64,000 nucleotides of DNA from Octopus vulgaris (taxonomy: Eukaryota): NCBI GenBank assembly GCA_951406725.2, contig OX597832.1, positions 28,644,001 through 28,708,000 of the forward strand. The letters run 5' to 3'. A model generated the notes under the pieces. The model ran no database searches. It worked only from the letters and a program-made list of their open reading frames with translations, and had not been told where the DNA came from. A program made the translations under genes and the position numbers. This document shows, piece by piece, positions 26,002 through 39,036 of the stretch. Within the stretch, counting starts at the first letter, position 1; each line of letters opens with the position of its first letter.

Positions 26002-26751
26002 TATTTATCTACATATATGTATGTATTTAGATATGTGTGTATATATGTATATAGGAATACACATTCACACAGACAGACAGACAGACACACACACACACAC
26101 ATACACACACACACACCTCATATCTATAACACACATTGAAGTTAAAGAAGCGAGGCCAGAAAATTCTCATAAACCTGTTAATCTTCAGATATTCTCTGCG
26201 ACTGTTCCATGTCAATGGAATCAAATAAAATTGCTTCTTAAGATCCGTTCTGCCATTTACAAATATTTTACACATTCTTTTTCCTTTCTTTATCTTCTCA
26301 TCAACATATTTATTCCCCATCATATATATTTATGTATTTATGTATCTAATTATTTATTTAGTTTTCTATTTATTTATCTTTATTTATTTATAGAAATATA
26401 ATTTTCTCTTCAGATCGATAAAGAATATTTTCTAGTTTAGGAGTGTTTCTTCCACTTTGAAGTTTTTGAGATCGAAATCCAGTCAAATCACGTGTTTTTA
26501 TCGTCTTCAAAATGTTCTTTTTTTGTTTGTTCTTACTTTCTTTCCATTTACTAATTCGTTCTGTTGACTCCTTTTTCTTGCAGACGTCATTATTTTCTGA
26601 CATGAAATTAAAATGCAATGAATATACCTTACTTTTCGTCCTTCAAAATATAATAACAGTCAATGAAAGAAAAACTTTGAAAGGAATAACTCTAAGATAC
26701 CCGATTCCAGACGGCTGCCGACTCCCTGCAATGTATAAGGGACTAACGAAT

Positions 26752-27240
26752 GTTCTTACCTTTGTTTCAGTCAAGACCTACGAGGGAAGGTATTCAGCGG
26801 CCATATCGGAACGTGAGGGCTGAAGAGCAAAGGAAAGACCTGTGGCTATCTACAGGGTCTCTCCCTAAAAGGAAAAGCTCAACACTGTTGAATGTTGCAA
26901 TCCTCTCCTACCATCTCTGGGTCAGAAAGTGGTTTTATTCCCCTACGACAAATTTCTCTGCGAGACCCTGTTCGCAACGTCCCAACCGAAAAGTGACAGA
27001 GATGCGCGCGATGTCTTTATAAAAAAGAGTAAGGGGAAGGCACTTCGGGAGGGCAGAATTCTTAGAGAGGCAGGATTGTATGTAGCAGTTAAAAGAGGAT
27101 GTGGACAGGCAGAAACGGGATGAGTAAGGAGAAGAGGAGAGACGGGTGGCCTGGGGTGAATGTGGATACATAGTAATGAACTAGTTCAGAAGAGCAGAGA
27201 CTATTGTAGTAGTGGTAAAAGGAACAGAGTGAAGAGTCAG
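26752..27240 (-). pseudogene. 3' end of a decayed CR1/L2-like LINE
   Basis: RC gives SSLCSFYHYYNSLCSSEL, matching DNA of the LINE at ~50730-50770. A third weak copy lies at ~27785-27900. Confidence 0.55.
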
Positions 27241-27258
27241 TATGTCTGTAGACCTAAG

Positions 27259-27655
27259 ACGGCGAGTTGGCAGAAGCGTTAGCACGCCGGGTGAAATGCT
27301 TAGCAGTATTTCGTCTGCCGCTACGTTCTGATTTTCAAATTCCGCCGAGGTTGACTTTGTCTTTCATCCTTTCGGGGTCGATTAAAGAAGCACCAGTTAT
27401 GCACTGGGGTCGATGTAATCGACTTAATCCGTTTGTCTGTCCTTGTTTGTCCTCTCTGTGTTTAGCCCCTGTGAGTAGTAAAGAAAAAGGTATTTCGTCT
27501 ATTTTTACGTTCTGAGTTCAAATTCCGCCGAGGTCGACTTTGCTTTTCATCCTTTCGGACATCGACAAATTAATTACCAGTTGCGTACTGGGTCGATCTA
27601 ATCGACTGCCTCCCTCCCCAAAAATTTCGTGCCTTGTGCCTAGAGTAGAAAAGAA
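27259..27655 (+). mobile_element. SINE family A heterodimer (tail-1 unit plus tail-2 unit) with an 18-bp TSD
   Basis: tatgtctgtagacctaag (27241) vs tatgtctgtaaacctgag (27656). Confidence 0.85.
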
Positions 27656-28497
27656 TATGTCTGTAAACCTGAGGCTTGGAGTATATAATCTACTGCTAAG
27701 CACTCACATCTGAACAGTTTAAAAGAACGATAAGCTAATAAAATAAGTTCTTCGACTCCCTCTACTCTCTACGACTGTTCAACTAATCGAGGGGCTGTAT
27801 CTTACTTCTCTAACATTTCCCGCCACTGCAATAGTTTCTGCATCCCGCGAACACTTCGAACTTGCATCCCCAGTACACATTCATCTCTTCTCTCTTCTCT
27901 TCTCGACTCTGCGTCCTCCTCTCCAGACGCGGAAACGGAATATTTTGTCCAATACTTTCTTGGAGATTAATGCGTAAGAGAATCATATTTCTAGGATCCT
28001 GGCAAGATTTTATACATAGAAATTATGTAAACGACAAACAGAACCCACAATAACAACAATAATTCCATTCAACCAATTAATGGTTTCAGAAAAATACTCC
28101 ATTTTGTAAAACATCAATTTTCTTAAAACATTCCATTTTACATAATATACATCGTAGGTTTTCGCAAATTACTCTATTTTATATAACGTAGGTATTCGTT
28201 AAATTATCCTGTTATTTATGTTATAATATGTTTTCTAAATATAATATGCAGTTTTATATCACATATAAATAATATAATTGCTTAATATCATTCCGTTTAT
28301 ACCATGGAAATGTTATATGTTTTCTTTGTTGATATTCTACTGCGTATGATAATAGCTAATACAGATTGGATAGGCTTCCTCAGTAAATTACGGTTTTGAT
28401 ATCCAACATAATATATGTTTCCACAAATACAATACTTACATTTTCATTTTGTTTGTTTTCCTTGCTTAAGTATTTCCTAAACAAGCCCTCCACCCAC

Positions 28498-28545
<48 letters not shown>

Positions 28546-28694
28546 GTCTCTCTCGCGTATCTATGTTTATATTATTCACCGATGCATTTACAGGAAATAA
28601 TTATAATCTTTGGCTCTGACGCAATATTTCAAATACATAATATTTGTTTGTTGCAATAATATTATTGTTAAAATGATCGTTATTTAAGTCAGGG

Positions 28695-29435
28695 TCAGCG
28701 GGTGCTAGGAGCCGTTCGGGTATTTCGTTGCGCAATTTTACGTTCTGAGGCCAAACCCAGCTAAGTCAACTTCGCTTATAATACTACAGAGATCGATAAA
28801 ATGAAGCACCGGTCATGCAATGTGGTAGGTATAAATCATCGGTGCCCCATCGCTCTAAATTTGAGGGATGTGAAATAAATAAATATTATTATAAAGAGGG
28901 CAAATAAAGCGGCGTTATTAATATCATCATCATCATCATCATCAACAACATCATCATCATCATCGTCATCATCATCATCATCATCATCATATTAGAGGCG
29001 AACTGGCAGAATCATTAACACGCCGAACTAAATGCTTAGCGGCATTTCGTCCGTCTTTACGTTTCTGTGCCTTTCATCTTTTCGAGGTCGATAAAATAAA
29101 CGCCATTTGATCCCTGGAGTCGATGTAATCGACTTAACTCTCCTGCCCCAAACTCCACTCCTTCCCGTGAGCCAAAATTTGAAACGTGAATTACTATAAA
29201 AAGGGAAAATTAGGCGCGGCGAGCTCGCTGGATCTTTAGCACGCCGGGTAAAATGTTTAGCATCCGATTTTTCGTTCTGAGTTCAAATCCCACCGAGGTC
29301 GACTTTCCCTTTTATCCTTTCGAGGTGAAAAAAAACAACAAAAAAACAAAGTACCAGTTTATCATTGGGGTTGACGTAATCGACTATCCCCTTCCCCTGG
29401 TATTTCAGGCCTTGTACCTTTAGTAGAAAGGATTA
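28695..29435 (+). mobile_element. Three older, diverged SINE family A copies
   Basis: Head and core remnants at ~28695, ~28996 and ~29213. Confidence 0.7.
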
Positions 29436-29641
29436 AAAAAAAAGGGAGAAACAGAGCGCCCTCTACGTAAACTGATACAAAACGGTATGACAGGAAATCG
29501 AATTGATTTTAGATTGAAATGATAAAGTTGTCTGTTCGGTTTGTTTACCTACGAACGATTAACGAAGACATAACTTTCTCTGGAGAGTGATATTGTCTGT
29601 GATAACGGGAGTAGAGGCTTTTGTATGTTGGAATATAATTT

Positions 29642-30056
29642 GGCGGCGAGCAGGCAGAGACGTTAGCACGCCGGGCGAAATGCGTAGCCGTATTTCGCCT
29701 GCCGCTACGTTCTAAGTTCAAATTCTACCGAGGTCGACTTTGCCTTTCATCCTTTCGGGGTCGATTAAATAAGTACCAGTTACGCACTGGGGTCGATGTA
29801 ATCGACTTAATCCGTTTGTCTGTCCTTGTTTGTCCCTTCTGTGTTTAGTCCCTTGTGGGTTGTAAAGAAATAGGTATTTCTTCTGCCGTTACGTTCTGAG
29901 TTCAAATTCTACCGAGGTCGACTTTGCCTTTCATCCTTTCGGGGTCGATTAGATTAAGTACCAGTTACGCACTGGGGTCGATGTAATCGACTTAATCCGT
30001 TTGTCTGTCCTTGTTTGTCCTCTCTGTGTTTAGCCCTTTTTGGGTAGTAAAGAAAT
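29642..30056 (+). mobile_element. SINE family A dimer
   Basis: Junction gaaataggtatttc at 29867-29880; atataatttgg on both flanks is TSD-like. Confidence 0.9.
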
Positions 30057-30403
30057 ATATAATTTGGATGAAGATTGAGGGGAGGGTAGACACTGATGAG
30101 GAATATTGTAAAATATTCAAAGACTACAGATCCAAGCCATCAGTGGAACTGTTAAAATCTGTAAAACTTTCCAAAAGTTTATCATTTAAATATATATGAA
30201 CATATCTAGATAGGCAAATATATGGATTAAAATACATATATAAAACAAAACATACATACATACATAATACATACATACACACACACACACATACATACAT
30301 ACATACATACATACATACATACATACATACATACATACACACACATACATACATACACACATACACACATACAAACATACACATACATACATACATACAT
30401 ACA

Positions 30404-30434
<31 letters not shown>

Positions 30435-30437
<3 letters not shown>

Positions 30438-30540
30438 CCCTGTTGTTGATGTTGAAATTCCATTGAAGGAGCCTTGGACCTAGGTTAGAAACCGATTATT
30501 TCTCTTTTGGCAAGAAATCTTGAAATAAAACTGAACAATG
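30435..30540. repeat. ~105-bp interspersed element, with a second copy at 39745-39850
   Basis: Shared cctgttg..tgaaattcca.tgaa.ga.ccttgg..tggcaagaaat; both copies are flanked by (CA)/(CATA) tracts. Confidence 0.65.
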
Positions 30541-30754
30541 GCATACATATGTTTGTACATACTTGTTGAGCGTGAAGGGAGGGAGTAAAATTCACAACTT
30601 ATTTTCGTTCGACTCTTATCGATAATTATTTGACGGTCCGCTTAGGCATGTGTGTAGTGTGTGTGTGTATGTATGTGTGTGTGCGTATGTGTATGTGTAT
30701 GTATGGATAAGCATGCAGACATACTTAGACGCGCTCGCGCGTGCAGAGTCAGCT

Positions 30755-30968
30755 TGGGAACCTCTACGTGGTGGCTCGATTTGCTAGAAAGAGCAGCCGC
30801 ATATCTTTCAAATCACACGCAACTCCCAAGAAAACAAAAGTAAGGCCATATTGGACAATGCAGAGTTATATATCTAATTGGATGGGATAGTTGCTTCAGG
30901 AACGGCGTTGCTGAAAGGCTTGCCTTCATCAAGCCTGGCCATGGGTTAAAAAAACAACAACAACAACT
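30755..30968 (+). mobile_element. Old interspersed repeat family F with an (aac)n tail
   Basis: gctagaaa.agcagcc..tcaaatcacac..gatgggat.gt motif. Degenerate copies at ~7205-7405, 32000-32090, 36715-36860, 41700-41905, 42375-42760, 46440-46610 and 62250-62400. Confidence 0.55.
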
Positions 30969-31119
30969 ATTACAACAAGATGAGTGCTATGTTTACAATT
31001 ATTGTGACATTTTGTGAAATAGATGGAGATGAAAGAGAAAATAAAGAGATGGCGAAAGGTCTGTGGCGGTGGCGTTGGCGCTGTTGTTGCTGTTGGTGGT
31101 GGTGGCGGTGGCGGTGGCG

Positions 31120-31325
31120 GTGGTGGTGGTGGTGGTGGAGATATTGGAGATGGTGGTGGTGGTGGTGGTGGTGGTGGTGTAGATATTGGAGATGGTGGTG
31201 GTGGTGGTGGTGTTGGTGGTGGAGATATTGGAGATGGTGGTGGTGGTGGTGGTGGAGATATTGGAGATGGTGGTAGTGGTGGGAGAGGTTGGTGGTGGAG
31301 ATATTGAAGGTGGTGGTGGTGGTGG
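31120..31325. repeat. Minisatellite: (GGT)n punctuated by agatattg(gaga), 5 units
   Basis: Directly visible. Confidence 0.9.
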
Positions 31326-31653
31326 TTGCGATGATGGTAATAGCAGCGGTGGTGGTGGTGTAGGTGTCGGTGGTGATGGTGGTATTGGTGCTAAAATGTC
31401 GGTGAGACTGGTGACATTTTCTAGAAAGTTCCATTGAGGATCAAAGATGGAATTTAGCGAAATCTTCACCTAAAATATTGGATCGGTGATGGTGGAGGTG
31501 GTGGCGGGTGGTGGCTAGTGTGGCGGTGGACGATATAAATGATGGTTGTAGTGATGGTGTGTGTATGGGTGGGGGCTTTAAGAGTGTGGTAGTGGTGGTG
31601 GTGGTGGTGGTTGTAGCAGTAGTAGCAGCAGTAACAACATCAGTAGTAGTAAT

Positions 31654-31688
<35 letters not shown>

Positions 31689-31697
31689 TTATAGTAA

Positions 31698-31749
<52 letters not shown>

Positions 31750-31924
31750 TGCCAATGTATTGCCTTGACTATACTAGTTGTTTCGACCTTTGAGCAAAAG
31801 CGTACCACACATGACCATCTCGTCAGGATTTCGGTCTTTCATTATTTCTCTCTCTCTCTCTTTCTCTCTCTCTCTATCTATATATCTATCTATTTATCTA
31901 TCTATCTATCTCTTTATCTATATA

Positions 31925-31970
<46 letters not shown>

Positions 31971-32739
31971 TGTGTTACTATAATACCAAATGAGCCCCCG
32001 TCTTTTCAAGACATTAGTGTGTTGCTTGAAAGGGATTCAGCTTCTATTTCTAGCAGGTTGTGCAGCCACATCAAGATTCCGTCATTGTCTCGTTGACTCG
32101 AGATTTTACAAAGGGCAGAGAGTAAGGGAGGAATCGAGCTTTTAGTCAGTGGGTGCTAAGTAGCTATTGAGAACATGCGACCAGATTCCAGCATGGCTAC
32201 ATGGAAAAAAATCATGTGGGAATATAGTACGTGATTTATTTGAACGAATTAGTTTGGGCCCTCTTCTTCTATCGGCCGGAATTCGATCGAGGGTTTGGCA
32301 CCAACCGGCAAAGAATGATTATTCTGCATTTAGCATCAAAGACATTTACATTCTTTTGGACAAACAAGGATCGGAATTTTACAGAAACTGGAACCAACGC
32401 CATAGACGTAACATGGAGCCATTTTACCATTCCTCATTAACATGGTGCCAGACGAATGTCTTCCCATTAAGATTAACAATCAAAATATCGAGTTTCATGA
32501 GAGTTTGCAACGATATCTGTGAAACGAGATTGATTGAAGAGTTACATCGTCCATTTAAAGTTAACCAAACTTTGCTGAATAAATGATATCTCTGGATTAA
32601 TCATAACTCAAGAATTGAGTGGTGTTTTTTTTTTAGATATGAAAAGCAGAAATATTTATGAAGGAGCGCTAATAAATATATTGAACAGCAGAAATACAGA
32701 TGGATTATTAGAGATATACAGAGTGCTAGAAATATATTA

Positions 32740-32910
32740 GTTTCAAATTTTGGCACAAGGCTAGCAATTTCGGAAAAGGATGTAAGTCGAAGTTAATCGA
32801 CTCCAGTGCTCAACTGGTACTTATTTTATCAACTCTGAAAGGATGAGAGGTAAAGTCGGCCCCGGCGGAATTGGAACTTAGAACATAAAGACGGAAGAAA
32901 TGCCGCTATG
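32740..32910 (-). mobile_element. SINE family A, alternative tail, diverged
   Basis: tttcaaattttggcacaagg..caactggtacttattttatc..gaaaggatgagagg. Confidence 0.75.
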
Positions 32911-33214
32911 CATTTGACAGGAGAGGTAGAAAGAGGGGGAGATAATAAAGTATTGGTGAAACCAAAACGAAGGTAAACGTGCATGTGTGTGTATGTGAGA
33001 AAGTGTGTGTATTTGTGTAGATAGGAGCTAGTAACTTTGACGTGTGGATGAGTGTGTGTGTACGTCTGTAATGTGTAGGTGTGTGAATGATGGTATGTGG
33101 TGTGGGTGCTGGGAAGTGGTCGGTGCTAGTGTGTGTGGAGTGGTGTGGTATGGTAGTGTGGGGTGAAGGTGGGGGATATGGGAGTTGGGATGGGGGTGGG
33201 ATACGCAAATATAT

Positions 33215-33420
33215 GTATGTGTGTCTGCATTTGACCCCGCCAACATCGCTTGACAACCGATACGGGTGTGTTTACGTCCCCATAGCTTAGCTGTTCGGCA
33301 AAAGAAACCGCTAGAATAAGTACTTGGCTAACAAAGAATAAGTCCTGGGGTCGATTTGTTCGACTAAAGGCGGTGCTCCAGCATGGCGGCAGTCAAATGA
33401 CTGAAACAAGTAAAAGAGTA
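33215..33420 (+). mobile_element. SINE family B, 3' half only
   Basis: catcgcttgacaaccgat..gtcaaatgactgaaacaagtaaaagag. Confidence 0.85.
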
Positions 33421-33559
33421 ACAGAAGAAAAGAGGAAAATAGAATAGGTTTGATTGTGTTGTGTAACAGTAAAGAGAGAATCGTAATTAGCTGCTGTGTG
33501 TATAAATATATATATACTTACGGCTGTAGAAATATAGACAGACAAACAGAGAGACAGAC

Positions 33560-33599
<40 letters not shown>

Positions 33600-33604
33600 G
33601 GATG

Positions 33605-33661
<57 letters not shown>

Positions 33662-33673
33662 GTAAGTAGGTAG

Positions 33674-33876
33674 ATACAAAATTAAGAGGAATACCACTGA
33701 AGTGGACATCTAATATGCTAAACATAGACGTCAAATCGCCATTACCACGAAGAATGTGTTCTCAAGAAAAAATCTCAGCAAAAATCTTGAGAACATTCTT
33801 CGTGGTAATGGCGATTTGACGTCTATGTTTAGCATATTAGGTGTCCACTTTAGTGGTATTCCTCTTAATTTTGTAT
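33674..33876. mobile_element. ~203-bp hairpin element (MITE-like), TA-flanked
   Basis: TA-caaaattaagaggaatacc...ggtattcctcttaattttg-TA, with ~93-bp arms and a 16-bp spacer. Confidence 0.8.
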
Positions 33877-33990
33877 GTAACTCAATTTTTAATCTTCGGA
33901 TTCTTTCAATATGCTGAGCCACTGGTTTTAATTGATTAATATCAATTTCTACCCTTATTATTTAATTTTAGATAGATAGATACATATATA

Positions 33991-34399
33991 GGCGCAGGAG
34001 TGGCTGTGTGGTAAGTAGCTTGTTTACCAACCACATGGTTCCGGGTTCAGTCCCACTGCGTGGCATCTTGGGCAAGTGTCTTCTGCTATAGCCCCGGGCC
34101 GACCAATGCCTAGTGAGTGGATTTGGTAGACGGAAACTGAAAGAAGCCTGTCGTATATATGTATATGTGTGTATGTGTATGTGTTTGTGTGTCTGTGTTA
34201 GTCCCCCTAGCATTGCTTGACAACCGATGCTGGTGTGTGTGTTTACGTCCCCGTCACTTAGCGGTTCGGCAAAAGAGACCGATAGAATAAGTACTGGGCT
34301 TACAAAGAATAAGTCTCGGGGTCGATTTGCTCGACTAAAGGCGGTGCTCCAGCATGGCCGCAGTCAAATGACTGAAACAAGTAAAAGAGTAAAAGAGTA
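33991..34399 (+). mobile_element. SINE family B, full-length reference-like copy
   Basis: ggcgcaggagtggctgtgtggtaag...gggttcagtccc...short TG tract...(gtaaaaga)n tail. Confidence 0.92.
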
Positions 34400-35257
34400 A
34401 TATAGATAGAGGGAGGGAGAGAGAGAGAGAGAGAGAGAGAAAGGGGGAGATGGAAGGGGAGAGAAAGAAAGAGAGAAAGAGAGCAACAGACCGAGACAGA
34501 CAGACAGACAGACGTGTAAGAAGAAGCGCAGCAAAAAGAGCGTCTGTTATGGGTAAGAAGCAACAGGAAGTGAGGTTGATGCGGTGGGAGTATGTAGATC
34601 ATAAAAGTGGGAGGAGGGAGAAAGAGAGAGAGAGGAAGTGTGACAGAGAGAGAGAGAGAGAAAGGAATGACGCAGAATGGAACTGTTGCTTTTGTTGTTG
34701 TTGTTGTTGTTGGCCTCGACCTTGACCCCAAGGTCATCAGCTGTCACGTGCAGCAGCTGAAATGTAGAACAATCTGATATAAATGTCAATATAATATTGG
34801 TGTGCGTACCCGTGGGTGGGCGAAGGTGATTATCCAACCGGCCGACGACAGAATACGACGGAACCAACCACCCGTTGTCTCTACATGGTTGCTTAAATTG
34901 CTCGAAATAGCAACTATATCTATGCGTGTGTATCCTTGTGCTTATGTCTGTCCACCCCGTAGTCCTTGGTGTATTTACTTCACCGTGAAATAGCGGTTCG
35001 ACAAAAATGACTGATAAAATAAGTATCAGGCTTCACTAAAATAAGTGCTGCAGTCAATTAATTCTTCAAGGTGGTGCCCCAGCATGGCCGCAGCCTAATG
35101 ACTGAGACAAGCACGAGATAAGCGATAAACGTTATCACCCTGAAATCTTCCGTCGTATAAAAACAAAGCAATGCGGAATGGTCACTGATGGAACGCTTTT
35201 GACTATAGGTCTACTCAACCAGGACTGACCTGGTGTTTAATAACCATTACTTATGAG

Positions 35258-35752
<495 letters not shown>

Positions 35753-35940
35753 AAATAACCAAAACTTATGTCTGGTGGCTAACTGGTGAAGATGGTAGAG
35801 CGTCGGATGAAATTGACTGCGATGATGTGAGTTCAATTCCGGCCGAGATCAACTTTGCCTTTCGTTATTCCAGGTCTCGAAATAACGAAGGAGTCAGGAC
35901 GGTGGAGTGGCCGAATCGGGAGGAACCTTGTAGTATTTAT

Positions 35941-36082
35941 CTCCTGATGTATCCCTGATGTAATCTCCAGGGATACAGGCATCCAGCAACAGGACCTCCG
36001 TAATGCTATAATGGACCGTGAAGTCTGGCGCAACATGGTAAATTCCATTGTCTCGACCACGGTCGAACAATGATGATGATGA
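35941..36082 (+). mobile_element. 5'-truncated RTE-like LINE 3' end with a (TGA)n tail and 12-bp TSD
   Basis: Translates PDVISRDTGIQQQDLRNAIMDREVWRNMV..EQ* (DRxxWR motif). tgtagtatttat occurs at 35929-35940 and 36083-36094. Confidence 0.8.
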
Positions 36083-37111
36083 TGTAGTATTTATTACGTC
36101 TCTTCGTGTCCTGAGTTCAAATTCTACCCTGGCCTACCTACATGTGAAGTAGTCTTTATCCATCGCCTAGTTTAACCACCCCACCCCCGTCTCAGAATCC
36201 TCTCAGGGGCAACTATTTGAACCAGTTCTCCAGTCTGAGAATACCTTCTTCTTTCCCCGCCCCTTCACCAGTCCCCGGCAAAAAACATACATACATACAT
36301 ACCCTATGACCTAGAAGTTATTGCTCTTCCAGTACTTTCGCAAACAGCAGTAACTTTCTTCAGCTGAATACACGTCATTGATTGGTTAAAATTACCAAAA
36401 TACGACAACTTGAACACGAAATAACTTCTAAAATACAAAATTTTGTCAAAAACGACAAGAATAAACCGTGTTCTACGGGACACATTCAACCAGTATCCGA
36501 AGTTTCAAACTGTTTAGTTAAAAATAATTAATTAAAAAAATCTGTGACCGAAATTCAAAAGATGCATTTCGTTCCTTTTTTTATTTTTTAAAGTTTATGA
36601 TTATTAGTAGACTTGACTGTTATTGATTAGTCGATGGAATGGCCACATCTAGGATACGTGTTGGTTCATGTTGTTGTTGCTGTTGTTGATATTGTTGTTG
36701 CTGTTGTTGTTTCTGTTGTTGTTGTTTAAAGTCTGATTGGGCAGACCGAGAATGCAAGAAGTGACCATCCCATCTTTTTTTCCGGAGATTTGAGGTTGGG
36801 ATTTGAGGGAGATTTGGCTACTATTTCTAACTGGCCTAGCATCCACGAAAAGTCTTCAATTTTGCGGGGAATGTAGCGAGAAATGTGGCGATAACGTTGG
36901 GGTTTGAGGTTAGCACTGGCAGATAAGGCATCTGTTTACTATTGTAGACGGGGTGGGTGCGGGTGGGGAAGATATGAAGAAAAGGGTCAGCGATGGGTGT
37001 GACTGGGTTAAGGGGTGGATACAGGGTGAGGCTATTTTTAAACCGATACCTTTAGTCATCTTTCAACAGGAAAAAGGGTGGAGAGCGAAGAGGGGGGGGA
37101 AAGATACGATA

Positions 37112-37168
<57 letters not shown>

Positions 37169-37315
37169 CAGCAGCAGCAGCAGCAGCAATGGTGATGGTA
37201 GTTGAAGGAAACGGAGAATACAGAATGTAGACAAGGTGTGTTACGCGCGTGCGTATGTGTGTGTATGTATGCGCATGCGTATGTAAATGTGTGGGTGTGT
37301 GATTGTGTGTATATG

Positions 37316-37348
<33 letters not shown>

Positions 37349-37501
37349 TGTATCCCAAGATAAGTCAGTTAAAATCAAACATCCTCCCCTCCGACCTCGA
37401 TGTCTCCCACTTACATCCCACGGTGTCTGTGGAATTAGAACAGAGATAATGGCTTTGAATAGAAATGAGGAAATATACGCGCGCACGCACGCACACATAC
37501 G

Positions 37502-37546
<45 letters not shown>

Positions 37547-37685
37547 AAGGTGGACCAAACGTCACGCACAAAATTAGTTCAAAACGCGCCGGAACTGTCA
37601 AAGACATGCTTCGGTTTTTCTAAAATGGAATGAAATAAGAAAAATAAGGGGTGAATCCACACATACATGTACATGAGGAACAAAA

Positions 37686-37940
<255 letters not shown>

Positions 37941-37998
37941 TAATGGACACTTTTGATACAGTAAAAATAAGAACATCACAACAAACCACAGCACATAC

Positions 37999-38390
37999 AT
38001 ATTTCTTTATTCCCCACAAGGGGCTAAACACAGAGGCGACAAACAAGGACAGACATAGGTATTAAGTCGATTACATCGACCCCAGTGTGTAACTGGCACT
38101 TAATTTATCGACCCCGAAAGGATGAAAGGCAAAGTCGACCTCGGCGGAATTTGAACTCACAACGTTACGGCAGATGAAATACCTATTTCTTTACTACCCA
38201 CAGGGGGCTAAACACAGAGAGGACAAACAAGGACATAAAAACGGATTAAGTCGATTAAATCGAATCCAGTGCGTAACTGGTACTTAATTTATCGACCCCG
38301 AAAGGATGAAAGGCAAAGTCGACCTCGGTGGAATTTGAACTCACAACGTAACGGCAGACGAAATACCGCTAAGCATTTCGCCCGGCGTGC
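37999..38390 (-). mobile_element. SINE family A dimer
   Basis: Junction gaaatacctatttc at 38176-38189. Confidence 0.9.
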
Positions 38391-38437
38391 GCTATGTAGT
38401 GCAGCGAAAGCACGTTATAAAAATAACACTAGTGAAT

Positions 38438-38470
<33 letters not shown>

Positions 38471-38597
38471 AATAATAATAACAATAATATTGATAATATT
38501 AATAATAATAATAATTATTATTATTATTATTATTATTATTATAATAATGATGATAATAATGATAATAATGATGATAATCGTGTGGTGTGGTGTGGTG

Positions 38598-38632
<35 letters not shown>

Positions 38633-38724
38633 TGTGTGAGTGTTATTTAGTGTGTGTTATAATGATAATAATAAAGATAAAGATAATGATAACAATAATA
38701 ATAATAATAATAATGATAATAATG

Positions 38725-38813
<89 letters not shown>

Positions 38814-38817
38814 AATT

Positions 38818-39036
38818 GGTCTTGGTAAAAGTGCCATGGTCACTTTCCAGAAAGGGAAACTGAAGACCTCACATTCAATAGTGTTGGATTTTGGCACAGT
38901 CATAAGTGGACTCGAGCAGGAACAATCTTAGAAATACCCCGGAATAAATGTGGGCCCTGGCATTCAACATGCAAGTGTGAAAGAGAAGATCAGGAAGGAG
39001 TGTTACAGGAGAGTTCGAGCAGTCCTAAAATCCGAT
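38818..39036 (+). pseudogene. R4/Dong-like non-LTR retrotransposon RT fragment
   Basis: GLGKSAMVTFQKGKL...LEQEQS*KYPGIN..GIQHASVKEKIRKECYRRVRAVLKS resembles FGLDKC..KGK..YKYLG..KEKI.KEY.RR. Contains an in-frame stop. Confidence 0.75.

Noticed and set aside
26760-26819. 60-nt minus-strand exon with strong splice signals
   Set aside because: It has stops in all three frames and lies within the apparent LINE 3' tail. Exonisation is possible but unsupported.
30980-31768. Gly-rich, His-rich and Thr-rich ORFs
   Set aside because: They derive from (GGT)n/(AGT)n repeats, with no flanking coding context.
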